A stretch of DNA of 64,000 nt. It comes from Malacoraja senta. Taxonomy: Eukaryota. The notes under the pieces are model-generated. The model ran no database searches, was not told the origin of the DNA, and saw only the letters and a program-made list of their open reading frames with translations. Positions within the stretch are counted from its first letter, which is position 1. Each line of letters opens with the position of its first letter. The DNA lies in contig CM075997.1 in the NCBI GenBank assembly GCA_038087875.1, forward strand, positions 2,234,001-2,298,000, in the 5' to 3' direction. The position numbers were made by a program, and so were the translations under genes. Positions 39,764 through 50,876 of the stretch are shown here, piece by piece.

Positions 39764-41917
39764 TAAATCTGCTTTTTGAAGATTAGTTTCCTTCAGAGAG
39801 GATACTGTTAGAATGTTCCCGAGATTAATTTTTGTAGTTTGTGTTGAGCAGGGATCTATCCAAAGCAAAGTTGATCATTTTCTTTCCCCCCCCTCTACGC
39901 TTGTATTCGGAATTGGACTGCTCCTTGCTATCGAATTCTGTTTATTGAATTTTGAGTGAACAGAATTCATTGAATCGATGTGGAACCCATCACTTCCTGT
40001 GCTCATTTCCTGGGAATGAAGGCGATTCCAATTCCTTCATTTGTGAATGGTGCCATAATCCAATGACCTTCCATCTTCCCATTGCCTGCCACCTTGTAGT
40101 TGATCCTGTTTGGCCAGTTGAGCCCAAGTCATTATTGAAGGACCAGGCTTCCTCTAGCCAAGTAATGTGCTAATAGAAATATCCCTTCTGGTGCCTGGAC
40201 TTGCAGGTGTGCCAAAGTATGGAGCTTGCAGGATGGGAGGGATACATGCCATTGGGATGAATGAATGAATGAATAAGTTTATCGACCAAGTATGTACACA
40301 TACAAGGAATTTGCCTTGGTGCTCCGCTCGCAAGTAACAATTAAACAATTAAGAATAAAACATTATAGTTTAAACATGTGAATGAAATAAAATGCCAGAG
40401 CGAAAGGAGGCTACAGACTTTTGGTTATTGAGTGAGCTGTCCAGCGAACACAGACTGGGGGTCTTGCTGCTAATCGTTGGGCTAGAAATAGCATCATCTC
40501 CATTGCGAAATTGCCAAACCCTATTTAGCCAGGAAGGTCATTTGCGCTTTTAACGTGGAGGTCTCGTTGGGCAATGTGTGACCTGCCGTTGTGTAACGGG
40601 GGAAGGGAGTGAGAATTCTAGGGTGAACTATTGGAACGTCGCTAATCTGCTTCTGTTGCTTCTTGACCTCTTGCACCTTTCGTGGCCATGCTGTACGGTT
40701 TTTATTAAAGGAAAATCTATCCACTTTTTACAAACTCGTTTGATTTTTTTTTTAATGTATCACGATGACTGCACCCACCTGTGAACCACAATACCAAATT
40801 AAGCCTACACATTGAGTACTTTGCAGATTTCTAAGTTGCCCTAATAGGGATTTGATCTGGGATGAGAATAGTCCAACAAAGAGATGAGTAGACCAATGTG
40901 GAATCAATGAGTGGTGATCTTGTTGAGTCAGAGACATACTGTACGTATGGCATTGAACAGTCAACTAATTCCATGCCAACTATTAAATACACTTGCATGC
41001 GTATAAAACCTCATCTACCAAGCCCAGATGAAGGGTCTCCACCTGAAGCAGCAACCATCCATTTTCCTCCATAGATACGACCTGACCCACTAGGTTCCTC
41101 CAGCAGTGTGTCTTCTGTCCATCTACCAGTTCTTGATTTATATCCTTCAGTGCTTTGTTAATGGGCAGCACAGTAGCACAGCAGTAGAGTTGCTGCCTTA
41201 CAGCGCCAGAGACCCGGGTTCACTCCTAACTATGGGCTGTCTGTACGGAGTTTGTACGTTCTCCCTGTGACCACCTGGGTTTTCTCTGGTTTCCTCCCAT
41301 ATTCCAAAGATGTGCAGGTTTGTAAGTTAATTGGCTTCTGTGCTTTTGTAAAATGCCTCTAGATCGCTGGATGGCGTGGGCTCGGTGGGCCAAAGAGACT
41401 GTTTCCATGTTGTGTCTCTAACTTAAAGTAAAATTCCAATGCTGTTCTGGACACATTAAATGTGGTGACAGTACAAACAGCCAATGACGTTTTCAAACTC
41501 CAACCACCCTGTGAGTGGAAAACAATCTTCCTTGTATCCTCCCTAGACCCCTTGCTCCAGAACTTAACCATACAACCTCTGGTTACAGCCACCTCTGCTT
41601 ACTAGTGCCTATCCCATCCTTCCAATCCAATCCCATCCAATTTTGTCGGGTCCATCTCGGGCACATCCGAAGGCAATTGAACCCATGCACCATTAACCAT
41701 TAACCTCCCGCAACCTTTAATTCCTCCACCGTCAACGTTTGGTTGCAGCATGCACCATCAACATTTGGTTGCAGCAAGCACCATCTACAAATGTGGATCA
41801 GATACTCTGCAACTGAACCTCCCAGATATCGGCCGTGGGCAAAGGGTCGGAGTTGCATATGGACACCACCCTCTGCAAAATCTCCTTCACACTGCATACA
41901 ATTGTTATTTGCAAATA

Positions 41918-42221
41918 CAGTGCCCTCCATAATGATTGGGTCAAAGACCCATCATTTATTTATTTGCCTCTGTACTCCACAAATAGAGATTTGTAATAGA
42001 AAAAAAATCACATGTGGTTAAAGTGCACTTTGTCAGATTTTAATAAAGGCCATTTTTATACATTTTGCTTTCACCATGTAGAAATTACAGCAGTGTTTAT
42101 ATATAGTCCCCCCCATTTCAGGGCACCATGGTGAAACCAAAAAGTATAAAAATACCTTTTAAAATCTGACAATGTGCACTTTAACCCCATGTGATTTTTT
42201 TTTTCCGTTACAAATCTCAAA
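41918..42221. mobile_element. Internally deleted Tc1-like element (long inverted repeats)
   Basis: TA|CAGTGCCCTCCATAATG start; about 41986-42078 is inverted at about 42127-42221. Confidence 0.65.
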
Positions 42222-45096
42222 CCGTGTCCATGGAGAACATAGAGAGGTGATGTTTTGGGTCGGGACACTTCAGGCTGATTTTGGAGGTGGGCAGGGAGGA
42301 GGTGGTGCCCCTCCAATTTGCAGAAAGTCAGTATGGGAATAAGGGGAGTTAAAATGGGTGGCAACCAGAAGGGTCCAGTAGGCCTTGGTGGTCTGAGTGC
42401 AAGTGTTCAGCAAAAGGATTGGCAAGTGTATGCTTGTACAGGTAGGTTGACTAGCCAGTTGCAATCGGTGCATGGACCACCAGGTGGCACTGTCTACCAC
42501 CACCGTGAGCCCAGAGACCTACAGCGGAGATCAGAAATATGGTGAAAATATTCATAGAAAATAGGTGCAGGAGTAGGCCATTCGGCCCTTCAACCTAGCA
42601 CTGGACATTTAAACACAGCTTGGTTGCATCTATCTTGTCCGTTCTCCATCCTGCTTTGAAATGCCCCTTTCCATTCAGTGTCGAGTCAGGAACGAGGCCT
42701 CCACCTGACTAGTCCCTCAGGAGACGTGGGGATGTTACCAGGTATGTCTCTGGCTGGCTGAAAGGATGGAGGCAGGTGAGTGGGGTACCCCGGCCATTAA
42801 CTCAACCCTCATCCCCCCCGACCACTTTCCCCACAGATGGCAATGGGTCCAGTCAGCACCTTTCTTGTATAGGAAGGAACTGCAGATGCTGGTTTACACC
42901 GAAGATAGACACAAAATGCTGGAGTAACTCAGCGGGACAGGCAGCATCTCTGGAGAGAAGGAATGGGTGACGTTTTGGGTCGAGACCCTTCTACAGAATA
43001 TGGGAACATTATACCCTGTAAACTACAAACTAAACGAGAAAAAAGGTTTGCAAAAATCCTGGAGAAACTCAACGGGTGAGGCAGCATCTATGGAGCGAAG
43101 GAAATAGGCAACGTTTCGGGCCGAAACCCTTTCAGAAAAAAGGTTTCCCGTCTAAAGAAGGGTCTCGACCGGAAACGTCACCCATTCCTTCTCTCCAGAG
43201 ATGCTGCCTGTTCCGTTGAGTCAGTCCAGCTTTTTGTGTCTTTCTTCGAGAAAAAATGGTTCAGGCAGCTTCTCTGGAGAGAAGGAATGGGTGATGTTTC
43301 GGGTCGAGACCCTTCTTCAGACAGCTGCATTTTTTCACAACCATCTTCACTATCTGGAGTGAAACTATAGATACCACTGAAGGAATAGATCGGACATCAG
43401 GCAGAATGGCCTCTTTCCATGCAGGGTGATTCTGTAAGTAAAGCATTTATTTTCCTGCTTTCAATATTTCTCGAGACGTGTAACATTTTAGGATATATTT
43501 TACAGTCCGCGGGTAAGGCCACATCTTGGAGCTTGGTGTTGCTGTAGTACCTTAATAAGGCCTTTGTAAATAAAATGTACCACTTTGTAAAGAGTGCACA
43601 AAGCAGTGGATTCCTCATTGAATTGAGTGGAGAGCGGTGAGTGGGAGTGCTGACAAAAAATCTTATCAAGAGACTGGAATGACTCACTCTCTCTCCCAAT
43701 GTGTCATCTTAATCACAAGGAGGGATGTTTTTCTCTCTGCGAGATACAAATTACTGGGGGAACTTAGTGAGTCAGACAGCACCAGTGGGTGCAGAGTGCC
43801 ACGCATGTCACTCAGATGCCCGTCCACTTTAAAAATGTCAGCCACTCCTGGGGGCTATGGGTGAGTGGTGGAATATTGTGTTAGAGGAATGGGACCCAAC
43901 GGGTCGGCACTTGGTCTAGTATCTATATCCTTACAACTCACTTTGGGCTCTCTCAGTCCAAAGAAGAGTCTCGCCCATTCCTTCTCTCCAGAGATGCTGA
44001 CTGTCCCGCTGAGTTACTCCAGCATTTTGTGTCTATCTTTCGGTGTAGTTCAGCATCTGCAGTTCCGTCCCACACACACACACCTCAGCTGACCATCTGG
44101 GGAATTAGACTAAAAACGGAAATCCACTTTCTCCAGCCATCTCTCCTCTCCTCCAGTCTTGAAGAAGGGTCCCAACCCGAATGATCATCTGAGGCTGTGA
44201 CCTCCAGTCCTAGACTCTCCCACAAGTGGAAACATCATCTCCACATCCACTCTATCCAGGCCTTTGACTATTCTGTACATTTCTATGAGGTCCCCTTCCC
44301 CCCCCCCCCCCACCCATTCTTCTAAACTCCAGCGAATGCAGGCAACAGGGCCACAAAACGTTTTATTCCCCTCTGTTCCACTAGAGCAGTGACAGCAAAG
44401 GACAGCTCGCTGCTTCCCCACCCGCGTGAGATTCTGATGCTCAGTGAACTGTGTGTCGCACTGTGGAGGAGGCTGAGAAGATCCTTCGTTGCTGTAATCA
44501 CTGGTTACTGCTCTGAGAGTGAACGAAGGGCTGTGATAATCTTCGATAGGCTGGCTGGGGCTGTGCAGCTGTGGCTGGCGGTGGCGGAGATTCTGTCATC
44601 AAGGGGGTTGTTCTACCTTTGTGTTGACTTCCTGCTCAGCAAATAGTCTGTTTACCCTGCGACCTATTTTCTGCACAGTTGCAGGAGAATTCTCCCATCA
44701 GGAAATGAAACAGAATTAATAATGGCTGTTTGTTTTCGAGCCCCCCCATGTGCATTTAACCCCTTCAAGGCTTCAGAGATGCACAGTCTCCCCCCCACCC
44801 CACAGCACAATGACTGTGGTTTGAGTCGGATTCATTCTCAAATCATTGTTGCTTTGAATCTAAACATGTCATCGTGAGTTCCGGAGGAAGCTGGCAGGGG
44901 GCAGTAGTGAGACAAGGGCCTACCCTCTGTGGAGATATGAGTTAATAGACCAAGAGTGGATAAGCCTAAAATCAGAATTCAATAAATATATGCAAATTGA
45001 AGTGGAACAAAGATTTGCAGTCCCCAGAAAATGAATCATTTTTCAGCCGGATATAGACACAAAAAGCTGGAGTAACTCAGCGGGTCAGAGAGCAAT

Positions 45097-45517
45097 GTTC
45101 AAGAAGGAACTGCAGATGCTGGAAAATCGAAGGTAGACAAAAGTGCTGGAGAAACTCAGCGGGTGCAGCAGCATCTATGGAGCGAAGGAAATGGGCAACT
45201 TTTCGGGCCGAAACCCTTCTTCAGACTGATGTAGGATGGAGGGGGGGGGGGGGGGGCGGGAAGAAGAAAGGAAGAGGAGGAGCCCGAGGGCTGAGGGAGA
45301 GCTGAGAAGGGGAGGAGACAGCAAGGGCTACCGGAAATTGGAGAAGTCAATGTTCATGTCGCTGGGGTGCAGACTGCCCAAGCGGAATATGAGGTGCTGC
45401 TGTTCCAATTTCCGGTGGTGCTCACTCTGGCCATGGAGGAGGCCCAGGACAGAAAGGTCGGATTCGGAATGGGAGGGGGAGTTGAAGTGCTGAGCCACAG
45501 GGAGATCAGGTTGGTTG
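45097..45517 (-). mobile_element. Penelope-like element 3' end (GIY-YIG C-terminus, terminal repeat, 36-nt tail)
   Basis: Near-identical to 5058-5422 in reverse; a third copy at about 51136-51502 (+) is nested in a CR1 fragment. Confidence 0.8.
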
Positions 45518-47548
45518 AGAAAAGGAATGGGTGACGTTTCGGGTCGAGATGCTGTCTGACCCGCTGAGTCACTCCAGCATTTTGTGTCTATCTTCGGTTT
45601 AAACTAGCATCTACAGTTCCTTCCTACATATTTTCAGCCGGAAGACAGATAATTAGCATCAAAGCGTATAAAATGCATTGGGTGGCCCAGTGGAACAGCT
45701 GATGCCTCAAAATTAAACGTTAATAAATTAAGGCAGGTTCTCCAGATCTGCTATGAGCTTGCAGTATAGAATGATAGAATCATATACTGCAAAGGAGGCC
45801 ATTTGACCCATCTCTGTTGTGCCATCCCTTTGCTAGAGCTATCTAATCAATCGGAAGATAGACACAAAATGCTGGAGTAACTCAGCGGGACAGGCAGCAT
45901 CTCTGGGGAGAAGGCATCCCCGGTGACGTTTTGGGTCGAGATGCAATCAGTCCCATTCCTCATGTCTCTGCAAACGTTTTGGGTGGAGACCCTTCTTCAG
46001 ACTCATCCCCCAATATCTCCATCAAGGTTCATCCTCATGCCTTATGGCCTCTTGTCGTAGAGTGGTACAGGCCCAACTTGCCCATACTGACCAACATGTC
46101 CCAGCTACACTAATCTGAAGAAGGGTCTCGACCCGAAACATCACCTATTTCCTTCGCTCCATAGATGCTGCCTCACCCGCTGAGTTTCTCCAGCACTTTT
46201 GTCCACCTGTCACCTGTAACCGGTCGCCTAATGGATATGTGTTTTGTTTCCGCAGACGTGTCGGGCTTGCGATGCCCCCAACACATCTGTCTTCCAGTTT
46301 ACCTCCAATTCAAATTCGGAATTTACCATTGAATTGGCTTCATGTAAAATATGTATCAACCTGCAGAAGATTCAGGATGCTGTAATCTCTCACCTCCCTC
46401 GCAGCCCCAGCCATTTTAAGAGGAGCACCTAAGAAGCTTAGAAGATTTTCACAGCTATGCTTGCAGTGTGAGTGATATAATACTTAAAGAGCAGCCAATT
46501 TTGCTTACATTTGTGCCTGTTAAATATGTAAAATAATTTAGAAAAATGAATTTCTAACCTGCACCAAATCCCACTCGACAATTACTCCTGTTTCTCATTG
46601 TTTCTGATGCTTTTCCTTCTATTTCTTATTGTCTTCTCCTCTGTTCAGCTCTCGTTATGGCCGTGCTTGGTCTTACCCTGCTGCCTCCATCAGTCATGAT
46701 CTCCCCACTTTTCCAGAGGGATCGTGCTTCCACTCTCCTTGGCTTGACACAAAAAGCTGGAGTAACTCAGCGGGACAGGCAGCATCTCTGGAGAGAAGGA
46801 ATGGGTGGCATTTCTGGTCGAGACCCTTCTTCGGACTTCTGAAGCTGAAACGTCGCCCATTCCTTCTCTCCAGAGATGCTGCCTGTCCCGCTGAGGTAGA
46901 ATCATATAATGCAAACAAGGTCATTTGGCCCATCTCTGTTGTGCCATCCCTTTGCTGGAACTATCCAATAAGTCTGAAGATAGACACAAAATGCTGGAGT
47001 AACTCAGCGGGACAGGTAGCCTTCAGGTCTGCCAGAAAGAACTGCAGATGCTGGTTTAAATTGAAGGTGGACACAAAATGCTGGATTAACTGACTGAAGA
47101 AGGGTCTCAACCAGAAACGTCACCCATTCCTTCTCTCTAGAGATGCTGCCTGTCCCGCTGAGTTACTCCAGCATGTTGTGCCTATCTCCAGTTTAAACCA
47201 GCATCTGCAGTTCCTTCCTACACATTCTCCTTGGCTGGTGGCTTCATCCTCAACTTCCCATGGACCTAAATTCTAAAGTTCCCTCCCCATCAACTTTTCC
47301 CCATTTAACACATTCATTAACAAATGAGCTTTTGTGACCAAGCTTGTGGTCACGTGTTCTAGCAAACACTATTGTGGCTTAAGGTCAAACTATGGTATTG
47401 TTTCTGGAAAGAGTTTGGGGACAAAAAAACCTGCAGATGATGGAACGTAGAACATAGAACAGTACAGCACAGGAACAGGCTCTTCGGCCCACAATATCTG
47501 TGATTGAATCAAGACAAACTGATCTCATCTGCCAAAGTTGCTGCCTTA

Positions 47549-47721
47549 AGGGCCCGTCCCATTTGGCCGTCATTTGCGCGTAATTTGCGCGACATAATTT
47601 ACGCGTCATGACGCACGATGCGCGCATGGTGCGCGATGACATAGGCAGTGACGTGCGGCGTCGCAGGACTTTGTGATGCATCTGCGTGACGCGCAAATGA
47701 CGGCCAGGTGGGACAGGCCCT
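47549..47721. mobile_element. PIF/Harbinger-type MITE inserted in a SINE head
   Basis: gctgccTTA[element]TTAcagcg restores the SINE consensus; perfect TTA TSD. Confidence 0.85.
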
Positions 47722-47908
47722 TTACAGCGCGTGCAGCACCGGAAACCCAGGTTCGATCCCGACTACGGGTGATGTCTGTATGGAGTTTGTATGTTCTCCC
47801 GGTGACCTGCGTGGGTTTTCTCCGGGATCTTCGGTTTCCTCCCACACTCCAAAGACGTGCAGGTTTGTAGGTTAATTGGTTTAGTGCAATATAAGTGTAA
47901 ATTGTCCC

Positions 47909-48373
47909 TCCTAGCAGGTAAACCAGATCACTTCCACCTGACGTGGTCTGCATTTATAGAATTATTACAAACATAGGGTGCAAAAGTACTTAAAAAAAAA
48001 AAATTTGAGGTCGGGTAAGGGGGGATGATAGTTGAAGAGTTGGTATGTCCCATTTACGTAATGCTCATAAAAATATTTGTTTCTCTCTTTTTCCTCTTTC
48101 TCTCTCTCTTTCTTTTCTAGGGTCTATTTCTTAACTCTCTTTCTTTTGTTTTTAATTTTGCTCTTATAGGGTCTTTGTCCTTTTTTGTTGTCACATTTCC
48201 TACACTCTCACTTTTTCCTTCACTTTCTTCTTTCTTTCAATCTTTTCCTTTTCTAGTGTAAAAAATAAATGGAGTACATTAATTGTAAGAAGATATAAAT
48301 GACGAGTTCTAATGTATGTGGTTGTAATGTAATGTACTTCTAATAAATAAAAATAAAAAAAAAAATAAAAAAA
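47909..48373 (+). mobile_element. L1-like 3'UTR/polyA insertion inside a SINE
   Basis: 18-bp TSD ataagtgtaaattgtccc at 47891-47908 and 48374-48391; AATAAA plus A-rich tail. Confidence 0.8.
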
Positions 48374-49247
48374 ATAAGTGTAAATTGTCCCGAGTGTGTG
48401 TAGGATAGTGTTAATGTGCGGGGATCGCTGGTCGGTGCGGACTCGTTGGGCCGAAGGGCCTGATTCCGTGCTGTAAACTAAAGTACTTTGGCATGTTATA
48501 CTATATTGAACATGCACTGCAAATGCAAGTTCTTGCTCTTGAGACATTTACATTGATGCTGTCATCATTCTATGTCTAGGGAAGAATAATTGAACAGAAA
48601 TTCCCATTGCAATTTGCATTCTTAATTGGCACAGTCTTTGTTATCTGTGTAGCCTTTGGATAGCTGCAGAATAAATACAGGCAGGGCATGTGTGTTAAGT
48701 TATAAACTGCCGCTGAAGCTTATTAACAGGAACAGTGATAGAGAATCAACACAGCAGATTTTATTTGATGACAGGAGTCTTAATTTGTTCTGTCTTGGAT
48801 ACAAAACAAATGAAAGGTGGAATGTTCTCTAATTGAGAGAGTGGGCAGAGAAGTGGCAGATGGAATATAGTGCAGCAAAGTGTGGAGTCATGCATTTTGG
48901 TCCTAGGAATAAAGGCGTAGACTATTTTCTAAATGGGGAGAGAATCCAGAAATGGTGCAGCATTCCCAAAATGTTAATCTGCAATTCGAATCGATAGTAA
49001 AGAAAGCAAACTCAATGCTAGCATTTATTTCAAAAGGGCTAGAATACAAAAACAGGGACGTAATGCTTAAAATACAAAAAACAGGGGCAATTTACAATTT
49101 TTACCGAAGCCAAATTAACCTACAAACCTGTACACCTTGGACTGTGGGAGGAAACTGGAGCCCCGGAGAAAACCCACACGTTCACAGGGAGAACGTGCAA
49201 ACTCCGTACAGGCAGCACCCTCGGCCAGGATGGAACCCAGGTCTCTG

Positions 49248-49379
49248 GCTTTAATTTGGGCTTGTATTATTGGGGAAGATCTAAAAGTAAATATTTACAC
49301 TGATTCTCGTTATGCATTTGGGGTGGTGCATGATTTTGGACAATTATAGAAAAATAGGGGATTCCTAACTTCTGCAGGA
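49248..49379 (+). mobile_element. Endogenous retrovirus pol RNase H fragment (class I, gamma/epsilon-like), decayed
   Basis: ALIWACIIGEDLKVNIYTDSRYAFGVVHDFGQL*KNRGFLTSAG; TAG where TGG (W) is expected. Confidence 0.8.
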
Positions 49380-49478
49380 TATTACATGAAGAATTGGTCT
49401 ACCGCTGGTAGGAAAGAAGGTACCACAAGTAGGAAAACATGCAAAGAATCTGCAATCTTCAGAATAATACACATGGTC

Positions 49479-49484
49479 TTTATT
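49479..49484 (-). terminator. Probable polyadenylation signal of the TRIM gene
   Basis: AATAAA on - strand 32 nt past the stop codon. Confidence 0.55.
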
Positions 49485-49516
49485 AGTCATAAAAGATGCA
49501 CATGCTGCAGATTTGG

Positions 49517-50167
49517 TTACAAGTCGGTCCTCTCCATTGGCATCCCGTCCATCTCCTGAGGCCCGTTGATGCAGTGTGATGCGCTTGTGGTTGCGAGGAA
49601 GGATTCGTACTCCTCGTACTCATCTGTCCAGCTGCTCTTGAAGCCCAGGTTGTACATGATTTGGTGAATGACCTGGTCCAGTTCATCGGCCGGAGAGGCG
49701 CTGAGGGTGGAGCAGGCAGACACCCAGGTCCCGATCTCCTCCCCGCTATTCAGCTGGATGCGGTTCATTCCCGAGAAGCTGAAGTCTTTCATGTCGATGC
49801 CCTTGACCAGCTCCTTGAAGTAGCGGGCCACGGAGATGCAGCCTTCCTCCGGGGTCTGGGGAGGGGGCTCCTGGGCGATCCTCCCCGCCTCCGTGCGTAG
49901 TGGCTTCTCCTCTTTCAGGAAGTGGGCGGTGTTCAGGTGGGAGTCCAGCAGCCGTTTCATCTGCAGGTAGAGCTGCGAGGGCCGGTGGAGAGTGGCCAGC
50001 ATCTCCTGCAGCTTCTCGATCTTCTGGACCTTCTCACCGTCCACCTCCACCTTGAGGGCGTTGATCTTGGACCTCAGGTGCCGCATCAGAGTCGCCCCCA
50101 CCACGTCTATCATGGTCTTGGCGTCCTTGCAGGAAGTCACTGTGTCGTTTATCTGCTTCTCAATTTC
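49517..50167 (-). CDS. MuRF-related TRIM protein, terminal exon (coiled coil plus unique acidic C-terminus, 216 aa)
   Basis: Acceptor ctctgtcccaacag|GAA, phase 0; GC3-rich open frame EIEKQINDTVTSCKDAK...MERTDL*; helical heptad-like character. Confidence 0.85.
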   Translation of the reverse strand, partial: EIEKQINDTVTSCKDAKTMIDVVGATLMRHLRSKINALKVEVDGEKVQKIEKLQEMLATLHRPSQLYLQMKRLLDSHLNTAHFLKEEKPLRTEAGRIAQEPPPQTPEEGCISVARYFKELVKGIDMKDFSFSGMNRIQLNSGEEIGTWVSACSTLSASPADELDQVIHQIMYNLGFKSSWTDEYEEYESFLATTSASHCINGPQEMDGMPMERTDL

Positions 50168-50188
50168 CTGTTGGGACAGAGCAGAGTT

Positions 50189-50876
50189 TTTTTTTTTAAT
50201 GTTTATTTTATTAGAAGCAATTGTACAAGAAGAAAGCAATCGACAGAACAATTATACAATTTTCGTACAGCTTCAGTTTTAACATTTTATAAACTGATAA
50301 ATGAATCGGGGGAAAAAAAAAAGGTAAAAAGAGTGAAGAAAAAGAAGAAAGATACAAAAGAGAGAAGAAAAAACCCTGAACTGACTAAAAAGTGAGAGAA
50401 AAAAAGAGAAAAGAAAAACAGAGATATGTCCCACTATCCTTCCCTACCCCCGCAAGCCTCGGTTTTAAATTTGTGTTCAACCAATCATGTTGTTGAAGAA
50501 ATTCAATGAAAGGAGACCATATTTTGGAAAATTGGTCTGATTCGTCAGCCAAAACAAGCCTTATTTTTTCTAAAGGTAGTGTCTCGGTCATTTCTGTAAT
50601 CCACATCTTCACTGTGGGAACTGTTATCTTTTTCCAGAATTTAAGTATACATTTTTTCGCAGTTATTAAGCCAAAGTCAAGGAAACGTCTTTGGTATGTC
50701 GTTAACTTAGAGCAGCCCTCTGACATTCCTAATATTATTCGTTTTGCATCTGACTCCAATTGAATTTTGAGTGTTTTAGAAATGGTATTGAATATTCCCA
50801 TCCAGAAATGTTGTATTTTTATACAGGATACAAAAGAATGGGTTAAGGTAGCTTCTTGGAGGTGACATTTATCTTC
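50189..50876 (-). mobile_element. 5'-truncated L1-clade LINE inserted in the TRIM last-intron acceptor region
   Basis: DKCHLQEATLTHSFVSC zinc-knuckle remnant, ORF 50385-50801 (FSKIWSPFIEF), AATAAA and A tail; 15-bp TSD ggacagagcagagtt at 50174-50188 and 50877-50891. Confidence 0.9.

Noticed and set aside
42820..46700. Acceptor/donor-like sites in unique islands (about 42838, 43433, 44385, 46255, 46649) suggesting a third gene or lncRNA
   Set aside because: No consistent reading frame or recognisable protein; cannot be supported without transcript data.
50168..50251. N-terminal part of ORF 49517-50251 (MFCRLL...KKKNSALSQQ) as the start of a single-exon gene
   Set aside because: It is L1 tail plus intron; the coding exon starts at the acceptor at 50167.
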